The position numbers and the translations under genes are program-made. Positions 38,871-47,500 of a DNA stretch of 64,000 nucleotides are shown here, in pieces; positions within the stretch are counted from its first letter, which is position 1; every line of letters begins with the position of its first letter. The notes beneath the pieces were generated by a model, which saw only the letters and a list, made by a program, of their open reading frames with translations, searched no databases and was not told the DNA's origin. Source of the DNA: Candidatus Latescibacterota bacterium. GTDB taxonomy: Bacteria > Latescibacterota > UBA2968 > GCA-2709665. The stretch spans positions 5,184,001 to 5,248,000 of the forward strand of contig OZ244744.1 of assembly GCA_965219455.1 (NCBI GenBank), read 5' to 3'.

Positions 38871-39566
38871 ATGATGACGCTCGACGAAACACTCTCACAG
38901 CTGGAAGAACTGGGTACTTCCCAGAACCGTAAGGTCTACGCGCGCCATGGCGTCAACCCTCCGATGTACGGCGTCAGCTATGCCAACCTGAACAGGATGG
39001 TTCGGAAGATCAAGCGGGATCATCCACTGGCCGAGGCGTTGTGGGCAACGGGCAACCACGACGCCAGGACGCTGGCCGCGCGTGTGGCCGACCCCTCGAG
39101 GATGAACGCGGCCCAACTCGACGTCTGGGCGCGCGATATCGACAACTCGATCCTGGCAGGGGAGTTGGGCGCTCTGGCAAGCGCCGCAAAGACGGGTTTG
39201 GCCCGCTTCAAAAAGTGGACATCCAGGCGAGGAGAGTGGGTTGCCACAGCCGGCTGGAACACGCTCACGGAAATGGTCCTGAAGGATCACAAGGATATCA
39301 GCGAGGCGTTCCTGGATACGTGTCTGGATCGAATCCAGACGCAGATCCACAGCCAGCCGAACCGCGTTCGCTATGCGATGAACAACGCGTTGATCGCGAT
39401 AGGAACTTACAACGCGATCTATCGCGACCGTGCGATTGCAGTCGCGGAGCGGATCGGCCGTGTGGAGGTCGACCACGGAGAAACAAACTGCAAGACGCCC
39501 GCCGCCGCCGATTATATACCCAGGTCCTATGCCTGGAAAGAGAAAAAGAGGAAGAAGGGACGATAA
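38871..39566 (+). CDS. DNA alkylation repair protein (AlkD-like HEAT repeat)
   Basis: YGVSYANL, LAEALWATGNHDARTLA, RYAMNNALIAIG, VEVDHGETNCKTP. Confidence 0.8.
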   Translation: MMTLDETLSQLEELGTSQNRKVYARHGVNPPMYGVSYANLNRMVRKIKRDHPLAEALWATGNHDARTLAARVADPSRMNAAQLDVWARDIDNSILAGELGALASAAKTGLARFKKWTSRRGEWVATAGWNTLTEMVLKDHKDISEAFLDTCLDRIQTQIHSQPNRVRYAMNNALIAIGTYNAIYRDRAIAVAERIGRVEVDHGETNCKTPAAADYIPRSYAWKEKKRKKGR

Positions 39567-39588
39567 ACAATCGTCCCTTCTTCCTCTT
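39546..39588. repeat. perfect 19-bp inverted repeat spanning the AlkD-like stop codon
   Basis: AAGAGGAAGAAGGGACGAT (39546-39564), loop AAACA, ATCGTCCCTTCTTCCTCTT (39570-39588). Confidence 0.9.
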
Positions 39589-39610
39589 CCATATCAGGCT
39601 GTACGATCGG

Positions 39611-39637
39611 AAAGCCGGGCCACGGGCCCGGCTTTTT
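39611..39637 (+). terminator. intrinsic terminator between convergent genes
   Basis: AAAGCCGGGCC-ACG-GGCCCGGCTTT followed by TT. Confidence 0.75.
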
Positions 39638-40029
39638 CAGTCGTTTTCGATCGGCTGGTGGAAATAATAACAGAGTCCGTCCGGAGCGACGACGAAAAAC
39701 ACCTGAAACTTCCGCCCGTCGCGTTCGTCGACGCGCCAGTCTCCGATGCCGATTTCCCTGGCTTCCAGCTCCCGCCTCGCTCTGTGAATATCGGACACCA
39801 GAATTGCCGCGCCTTCATGTCCCGGATCGCCGCCATTGACGGCGAATCCGATCCGGACGCCGTCCCGTTCGAGCACGACTGTCGGAACCGGATCACTATG
39901 TCGATTTACTTCGTTGAACCCGAACGCGTTACAATACCACGTTGAAGCTCTGTCGATGTCTTCAACCGGAAGCGCCAGTACGTCGTCGGCATAGGGGTAT
40001 GCGGCTTCAAACAGCCTCGTCGAACCCAT
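39637..40029 (-). CDS. VOC/glyoxalase family protein
   Basis: LPVEDIDRASTWY...FGF, LVSDIH...EL, FFVVAPDGLCYYF. Confidence 0.8.
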   Translation of the reverse strand: MGSTRLFEAAYPYADDVLALPVEDIDRASTWYCNAFGFNEVNRHSDPVPTVVLERDGVRIGFAVNGGDPGHEGAAILVSDIHRARRELEAREIGIGDWRVDERDGRKFQVFFVVAPDGLCYYFHQPIEND

Positions 40030-40149
40030 GTCTTTATCTCCTTTTTTCACGGTACGGAGTTTTGAAAAGACGGCCCGCCCCCGGTTCGGTTGCCGGTTCG
40101 TACCGGCGCCGAGAGGTGCGTTGCAATCACGCGCCGTGTTGCCGCCGCC

Positions 40150-41397
40150 TCAGACCACGCCGTTCAACGCAAATTCGAAAATGTGGTAATTCATCAGTTG
40201 TTCCGACGCAGCGCGCGCCAGGTATTCCCCTTTGAGCGGGCGGTTGAGGATGAAAGGCACCTCCCGCTCCGAGAGGCCGCCGTGTGAACGCAGGCGCTCT
40301 CCGTGCAGACCTTCAAGGTCGTGATCGCCCGGCGTCATGCCGACACAGAACGCGTCAGCGGCGATCACGACCACGTCGCCCTCCACATCCACGGGAAGAT
40401 TGAAACGGGCCGCCGCGTCTGCGCGCTCTATGACTGCTTCGATCCCTTCGATCGATTCCATATAGCGAATTGCGTCGCTGACCTTCATGGCGTCGAAGCA
40501 GTACACCCGGACAAGACCCCCCAAAGCGCCATGATGCCCCACGAAAGCGTCGGTGATCGGACAGATGACACGCGTTTTTTTCGGACCGAAACGCCTGTCA
40601 AGCAGATCCTGAAGATAGATGATATTGTAGGTTCCGTCCGGGGCGCATTTGTCTTTCATGCCGTGATCGGCCACCAGAGCCACGGTCGCACCCAGGCGGT
40701 CGAGTTCCGCGCACCGACGGTCGAGCGATCGATAGAAATCCAGGGCCGCCGGATGATCCGGTGGGTACTTGTGCTGGACGTAATCCGTGAGCGACAGGTA
40801 CGCCAGTCGCGGTCGGCTGTCTCTTTCGAGAAACCGGATGCCGGCATCGAGCACGAACAGCGACAGCGTATCGGAGTACATGTCGGGCAATGGCCGGCCG
40901 ACCCAGCCGAGCGCATCGTGAATACCGTTCTCCTTGCGCGTGCAGCGGTCTGCGCATTGGGAAGAGAAACAGACGTTGCCACTGCCCACATCCATTCCCC
41001 TGCCGAGTTGTCTACGGAGTTTGTCCTTGGCGGTGATGACGGCAGTTTCGATGCCGGCCTTGGAAACGACGTCGAAGATCGTACGTGAACGCATCATCTC
41101 CGGGCCCGTCATGGGAACGGTCTCGCCGGTCCGCCGGTCCAGGTAGAAATTGCCCGAGATCCCGTGCACGTCGGGCGGGGCGCCCGTGGCGATGGAGAGG
41201 TTATTGGGACACGTAAAGCTCGGAATGACGCAGTGGGCGGTGTCGTTGTACCCGGCTTCCATGAAATGCGCAATCGTGGGAATCGCACCGGCTTTCCGCG
41301 CCGCCCTAAAGTACTCCGGGTCGCCACCGTCGACACAGACGACAACGACGGAAACTTCGGGAAGGCGATAATTAACGCCGTTGAGTTCGATTTTCAT
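40150..41397 (-). CDS. phnA: phosphonoacetate hydrolase
   Basis: 415 aa from the ATG at 41397: VVVCVDG, IPSFTCPNNLSI, HGISGNF, TAKDKLR, YLSLTDYVQHK, ADHGM, PITD..V.HHGALG, LRSHGG. Confidence 0.9.
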   Translation of the reverse strand: MKIELNGVNYRLPEVSVVVVCVDGGDPEYFRAARKAGAIPTIAHFMEAGYNDTAHCVIPSFTCPNNLSIATGAPPDVHGISGNFYLDRRTGETVPMTGPEMMRSRTIFDVVSKAGIETAVITAKDKLRRQLGRGMDVGSGNVCFSSQCADRCTRKENGIHDALGWVGRPLPDMYSDTLSLFVLDAGIRFLERDSRPRLAYLSLTDYVQHKYPPDHPAALDFYRSLDRRCAELDRLGATVALVADHGMKDKCAPDGTYNIIYLQDLLDRRFGPKKTRVICPITDAFVGHHGALGGLVRVYCFDAMKVSDAIRYMESIEGIEAVIERADAAARFNLPVDVEGDVVVIAADAFCVGMTPGDHDLEGLHGERLRSHGGLSEREVPFILNRPLKGEYLARAASEQLMNYHIFEFALNGVV

Positions 41398-41588
41398 CCT
41401 GCTCGGGCAAGAAATGGTGACGCCGTCGGCTGCACCGTTAAACGCGGACTCAACCCCGGTGCTCCGTCTTGTTTCCGTATTCCTCTTCGAGGGCGACCCG
41501 GGACGCAGACCGGCGACGGGACGATGCAGTGGTCGAAGACGAGCCCTTCGGCTGCCAGGCGGGGCAACTTCAAGGGGCACGGTTCCGG

Positions 41589-42611
41589 TTACGCTCCAGG
41601 CACACCTGGTACGTCTGCGATGGTCTGTTCCTCCCACGAGCGGATGGCTGCTTCGATAACTTCCTGTACGGCGAGCCCTTCTTCTCCGGATCCGTCGATT
41701 TCCGATTGGGGCACGCCATCGTCCAGTTGTTCGATCCATCGGTTGATGCGCCTTGGGAAGGTGTCTTCAAAGACCAGACCGCCCATAATGGAGTTGCGCA
41801 CCACGGTGAGTTCCTCGGAACGTCTGGGATAGAGTGTCAGGTCCTCGAAGCAGTTGTCAAGGACGAAACGACCGTCGCTCCCCAGCACCTCGCAGCGTTC
41901 CAGGTTGTGCGCGGGGTTGGTGTCGTAACTGCCGGTGAGGTGACCGACGACGTCGTTCTCGAACTGCATGTTGATCTGGGCGTTGGACCAGCATACCGTG
42001 GCATTGTCTCCGCTGCGTCCGGGCGCCTTGTTCAGAAAAGCCTGCACACGTTTCACATTGCCACAGAAGTACCGCATGATGTCGATCGAATGTGGGTGCA
42101 GGGCCCGAAGGTGGAACCACGGGGACGTTTCGTTCGGGTTACCGATCCACATCGTCATGTTGATTAGCAAAAGATGGCCGAGGCGGCCTTCCTCAATCCA
42201 GCCCCTGGCTTTCGCCGCGGGCGGAACGAATCTGTGGTTGAGGTTGATCCCGAACCGGACGCCACACTCCCGGGCTTTTGTGACCATCTGTCGGGCATGA
42301 TCGATGCTGTTGCTGATGGGTTTTTCGCACAGGACGTCCAGGCCGGCTTCCATGCATTGTATGGTGGGTTCGTAGTGGTCACCGCCGTTTTCGAACCCCC
42401 CGGTCGCCACGCTCACGGCATCCAGTTCTTCACAATGCAGCATATTCTGAAGGTTGTCGTAGGGTCTCACGCCAAAACGCCGGGCCGCGCTGTCCGCACG
42501 TTCCTTGACCAGGTCGCAGACGGCCGCAAGGTCCGATCTGCTGTGATTCGCGTAGACCTCGGCATGTTGGCCGCCGATACCGCGCATGCCGATGACACCG
42601 ACTCTGATCAT
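41589..42611 (-). CDS. Gfo/Idh/MocA family oxidoreductase
   Basis: IRVGVIGMRGIG, VLCEKPI, NHRF, HPHSID. Confidence 0.9.
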   Translation of the reverse strand: MIRVGVIGMRGIGGQHAEVYANHSRSDLAAVCDLVKERADSAARRFGVRPYDNLQNMLHCEELDAVSVATGGFENGGDHYEPTIQCMEAGLDVLCEKPISNSIDHARQMVTKARECGVRFGINLNHRFVPPAAKARGWIEEGRLGHLLLINMTMWIGNPNETSPWFHLRALHPHSIDIMRYFCGNVKRVQAFLNKAPGRSGDNATVCWSNAQINMQFENDVVGHLTGSYDTNPAHNLERCEVLGSDGRFVLDNCFEDLTLYPRRSEELTVVRNSIMGGLVFEDTFPRRINRWIEQLDDGVPQSEIDGSGEEGLAVQEVIEAAIRSWEEQTIADVPGVPGA

Positions 42612-42694
42612 ACCGGTTCTCCTCAAGCTATGCGATGGAACGTCTCCCGCAACCGGAAGGGGTCAATGGGGCATTGCCCTTGGACCTCTTCACA

Positions 42695-43489
42695 TCATTC
42701 GAAAAGCGGTTTGAAGTATTGGTATGACCGCTGAAGGACGGAGTCAATCTCCGGCACGCCCATGTCTCTCGTTCCCACGATCTCCAGAACCGCGTACTCG
42801 AGCCCGTGAATCGCCGTAAATGCGCTTGCCTGTGCGTGGAGATCCATATCTCCGTTACCGGCCACCTGATTTTCAACCGGTCCGATCGCGGTCTGCCTGC
42901 CCTTCACGTCCCTGATTCTGAGCGAAAAGACATAGTCACTGATTCTGGCAACGGTTTTTTCCGGCACCTCTTGCTGCGGGCTGCGCCAGATATGGGTGGC
43001 GTCGTAGTTGATTCCCACCCAGCGTCGATCGACCTGCTGCATGAATCTATACGCCGTGTCGGTGTTGTAGACGGCGTTGCCGACGTGAGGTTTGATGCTA
43101 AGCTTCACACCGCGGAGGGCGGCCTGGTCTGCAAGCGCGTTGATTTTTTCGACGGTCACGTTGAAGATCGTTTCGTCGTCGGGTTTCCCGCCAGGGCCCG
43201 TCGTGACCACGGGCGCGCCGACGGCGGCCGCGGCGTCCAGGACTTGCAGGAACCGGACTTCGTCGTCCATAGTGCCGCTTGCCCCGAGAGATTCGATTTC
43301 CAGCTGGTGATTCGTGGCGCGGCGTCTTATATTCCGGTAATAGGCGTCGCTTTCGCCGATGGCCAGGTGGGGCGCCATGCCCGGAATACAACAGAGTTCG
43401 ATCGCCCGGTAGCCGCCCGCCCGGATTCGTTCCATGGCGACTTCCAGGTCGTGCCCGCCATACAGGATCGTGCTGCATCCGAGTTCCAT
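42695..43489 (-). CDS. sugar phosphate isomerase/epimerase (xylose isomerase-like TIM barrel)
   Basis: GYRAIEL, LSIKPH, GINYDATH, IRDVKG, GNGDMD, VLEI; AGGAGA RBS. Confidence 0.8.
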   Translation of the reverse strand: MELGCSTILYGGHDLEVAMERIRAGGYRAIELCCIPGMAPHLAIGESDAYYRNIRRRATNHQLEIESLGASGTMDDEVRFLQVLDAAAAVGAPVVTTGPGGKPDDETIFNVTVEKINALADQAALRGVKLSIKPHVGNAVYNTDTAYRFMQQVDRRWVGINYDATHIWRSPQQEVPEKTVARISDYVFSLRIRDVKGRQTAIGPVENQVAGNGDMDLHAQASAFTAIHGLEYAVLEIVGTRDMGVPEIDSVLQRSYQYFKPLFE

Positions 43490-43615
43490 GAGTATCTCCT
43501 TTTTTTCACCGGGATGTGTCTTGTCGTGGTATCGACGGCCAATAAGTAAGCGGTCGAATTGGGCTTTGTCAAGCCGAAAACCGCCGTAACACTCGCCCGC
43601 AGAAAAATTCCTGAC

Positions 43616-43644
43616 TTGATCCTGAGCACAATAGCGATTATATT
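43616..43644 (+). promoter_or_regulatory. promoter for the STAS gene
   Basis: TTGATC (43616-43621), 17 bp spacer, TATATT (43639-43644). Confidence 0.55.
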
Positions 43645-43744
43645 GGGATGACAGCAACTCTTCGCAAATCATTCAGTTTGAAACGCGTTATTACGGACGA
43701 TGCCGCGGTTTGTTGCAACCCGAAACCTCTGAGGGGGAAGAAAC

Positions 43745-44098
43745 ATGAAAATCAGCGAGGAAATCCGGGAGGATGTTGCCGTGCTGACGGTAACGGGTGC
43801 CCTGATGTCCGGTCCTGAAGTGGCCGAGTTCCACGACCACATCAAACGGCTGGCCAAAGATGGCATTAACAGGGTGGTGGTTGATTTTTCGAAGGTCAAG
43901 TGGTTTGGCAGTTCGATGCTTGGCGTAATGACCGCCAGTCTGACCACGGTTCGGCACGCGGGGGGAGATATGCGGCTGACGGGCATCACCCGGAAAATCG
44001 AGAGCATACTGATGGTTACACAACTAGCCGGCATCTTCCGTACCCTGGACACGGTAGACCGGGCGGTGGCCAGTTTCAAGACACAGCCACCTGAATAG
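43745..44098 (+). CDS. STAS domain anti-sigma factor antagonist
   Basis: VVVDFSKVKWFGSSMLG (phospho-Ser motif), GGDMRL, SILMVTQL. Confidence 0.9.
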   Translation: MKISEEIREDVAVLTVTGALMSGPEVAEFHDHIKRLAKDGINRVVVDFSKVKWFGSSMLGVMTASLTTVRHAGGDMRLTGITRKIESILMVTQLAGIFRTLDTVDRAVASFKTQPPE

Positions 44099-44274
44099 AG
44101 CCGTCCGCCATCAGGAAGAGCGTATGAAAGCGTCTTTGTCCATCCGGGATAAAGGCGCTTTTGGTCGTTTGGAGCGGCGGAACGGGTCGGCTCATCGGGA
44201 TTTCATCGGGAAACTGTCGTCGGCAGGCATTCCAGGTTGGCCGATTCGCAAAACACACCCTAACGGTTTTTCTC

Positions 44275-44303
44275 TTGTTACCTGAACATTTGAGTAGTAT
44301 ATT
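44275..44303 (+). promoter_or_regulatory. promoter upstream of uvrA
   Basis: TTGTTA (44275-44280), 17 bp spacer, TATATT (44298-44303). Confidence 0.5.
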
Positions 44304-44520
44304 GTGAATCCGTTATCAGATGTGGGTACGGTTCAGGACTGTTATCGTGTACTGCTCTATTTCCCGCTGAACCGGTCTCCAAAATGGCTTATCGAGATCG
44401 GTTACAGGGGATCTGTGCAGGAATTCATCCGGGACGCCAATCCTTGATTCGGACCGCAGGTCCGCCAATATAGGAGATGTGGTTTTTCCCTTAAGTTTTA
44501 CCGGGGAGAGCAATGGATTC

Positions 44521-47500
44521 ATGGAAACGCGTGATATTGTAATCAAGGGCGCGCGGGTTCATAACCTGAAGGATGTGAACCTGACCTTGCCGCGAAATCA
44601 ACTGATATGCTTCACGGGCGTTTCGGGCTCCGGCAAGTCCTCGATGGCTTTCGACACGATTTTTGCGGAGGGCCAGCGTCGCTATATCGAGTCCCTTTCC
44701 GCGTATGCCCGCCAGTTTCTGGGTCAGATACGAAAGCCCGATGTAGATCAGATTACAGGCCTTTCGCCGACTGTGTCCATCGAGCAGAAGGCCGCCGTGC
44801 GGAATCCCAGGTCGACGGTGGGCACGATGACGGAAATTCACGACTACCTTCGCGTGTTGTACGCGAGGGTTGGCGTGCCGCATTGTGTGTCGTGTGGAAC
44901 GCCGATCGGTGCCCAGACGCGCGATGGAATTGTGGAACGGATTATGGCGTTGGGCGCCGGAAAACGGATCTTTGTGATGGCGCCGCTTGTCCGCGGGAGA
45001 AAAGGGGAGTACCTGGATCTATTCGACGATTTGCAACGGGAGGGATATCTCCGTGTCCGTGTCGACGGTCGGATGGTACAGCTGACCGAGTCGCAGCGGC
45101 TCGAACGACACATCCGGCACGACATCGACCTCGTCGTGGACCGACTTGTCGTGCGGGCGGATGGACATGGGCGTATTGGCGAAGCGGTCGATGCGGCGCT
45201 GGGATTCGGCAAAGGTACGCTTATCGTCGGGTTCGAGGAAGGGGAGGACCTGCTGCTAAGTTCCAACTTTTCCTGCACCCTGTGCGGTTTGAGCGCAACG
45301 GAACCCACGCCTCAGGTGTTTTCGTTCAACAATCCGCAGGGGATGTGCCCCACGTGTAAAGGTCTCGGTTCTCAGATCGCCCTGGATCCGAAACGGTCGG
45401 TACCAGACGATTCCCTTTCGGTAATGGATGGGGCGGTTGCGCCGCTCGGCGAACCCCGGAACCGGTGGAAAATACACTATTACAACGGTGTATTGAAGCG
45501 CCACGGCGCGGACGTGTCCACACCGTGGCGGGAGATTAGCCAAACGGCACGGGAGGAATTGCTGTTCGGGGTGAAGCGCCGAATTGAGCTGGAATGGAAA
45601 AGGCGGGACGGCAGCGTTTACAGACATAACGATACGTTTGAGGGTATTTTCCCGCCGTTGGAACTCAGGTACGCGGAGGCGAGTTCACCGGCCTTGAGGC
45701 GAAGGCTGGGACCTTATATGCGCACGGGGAGATGCCCGGATTGTCGGGGCGCGCGGTTGAGAGCCGAGGCCGTGGCGGTGACAATCGAGGGTATGTCGCT
45801 GCCGGCGGCCACGGCAATGTCGGTGGCGGATGCCCATGCGTTTTTTAGCGGGTTGAACTTGACGGCGACCCGCCGGATAATCGCGGAGGATGCACTCAAG
45901 GAAATTCTGGGTCGGCTCAGGTTCCTGCTTGACGTAGGGCTGGATTACCTGACCCTGGATCGGACGGCGCCGACGCTGTCCGGCGGTGAGGCACAACGCA
46001 TCCGGCTGGCCGGGCAGATCGGTAGTGGTCTGGTAGGGGTAACTTACGTGCTGGACGAACCCTCGATCGGACTGCACCAGCGCGACAACAATAGGCTGCT
46101 GGACGCGCTGTGTCTGTTGCAGAAGGCAGGAAATACGATCATTGTGGTGGAACACGATGAGGAGACGATTAAGAGGGCGGACTGGATAGTGGATTTCGGG
46201 CCGGGTCCCGGTCACCTGGGAGGGGAGGTGGTCGCTTGCGGGTCCTGGCGAAAGATCGCCCGGTCCGAGACGTCCCGAACGGGAGCCTTTCTCTCTGGGA
46301 GACAATCGATTGCCGTGCCCGACCGCAGGGTACCCGCGGGACGGCGACTCGGCGTATACGGCGCGCGGCAGAATAACCTCAAGGGAATCGACGTCGAACT
46401 TCCCCTGGGCGTGTTCAATTGTGTAACCGGGGTATCCGGTTCGGGGAAAAGTTCGCTCATAAACGACATTGTCTACCTTACGCTGGCGCGAGAACTGAAT
46501 CGAGCTGAATCCGAACCCGGAGATTTCGACCGCATCGAAGGTATCGATGCGCTGGACAAAGTGATCGAAATCGACCAGCAACCGATCGGGCGCACGCCAA
46601 GGAGCAATCCGGCCACATACACAGCGGTGTTCGGTCCGATCCGGGCGTTGTTCGCGGATCTGCCGGAGTCTCGGGTGAGAGGGTACAAGCCGGGGCGGTT
46701 CAGTTTCAATGTGAAAGGCGGGCGGTGTGATGCCTGCGACGGCAATGGCGCAAATGTCGTCGAAATGGATTTTCTGGCCGACGTATGGGTGACGTGCGCC
46801 ATCTGCGAAGGCCGGCGGTTCAATCGGGAGACGCTGGATGTTCGTTACAAGGGGGCGTCCATCGCGGATGTGCTGGATATGGAGGTGCAGCGGGCGTGTG
46901 CCTTTTTTGAAGCGGTGCCCCAGATCCATCGGATACTGAAGGTGCTGGGGGAAGTGGGGATGGGCTACGTGAAACTCGGGCAGCCGGCGCCAACGCTGTC
47001 CGGTGGCGAAGCTCAACGTGTAAAGCTGGCTAAAGAATTGTGTCGCAAGCAGACAGGGGCTACACTTTATATTTTGGATGAGCCCACGACAGGGTTGCAT
47101 TTTTCAGATATCCAGAATCTGTTGACGGTGCTTCACCGGCTGGTGGACCTGGGCAATACGGTGGTCGTGATCGAACATAACATGGATGTCATCAAGACGG
47201 CGGACTGGGTGATCGACCTTGGGCCTGGCGGCGGAGAATCGGGTGGTCGCGTGGTGGCGGAGGGTACGCCGGAGTGTGTGGCGCGTTCCAGGCGTTCGTT
47301 TACGGCTCGGACTCTGCGCTCCGCGTTGAAGCACGGACAAGACGCGGTGGGGACCGACGGGAGGCGAAGCCGTCGAGGTGGAGACAGGGGGCTGATTCGG
47401 GAAATTCAGGTTACCGGCGCCAGGGAGAACAACCTTCGGAACGTGGATGTGCGGATTCCGCGCGAGAAGCTGACCGTCGTATCGGGTGTTTCGGGATCGG

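Noticed and set aside
41398-41739. 114-aa N-terminal extension of phnA
   Set aside because: Overlaps the upstream oxidoreductase in another frame; PhnA-like sequence starts at 41397.
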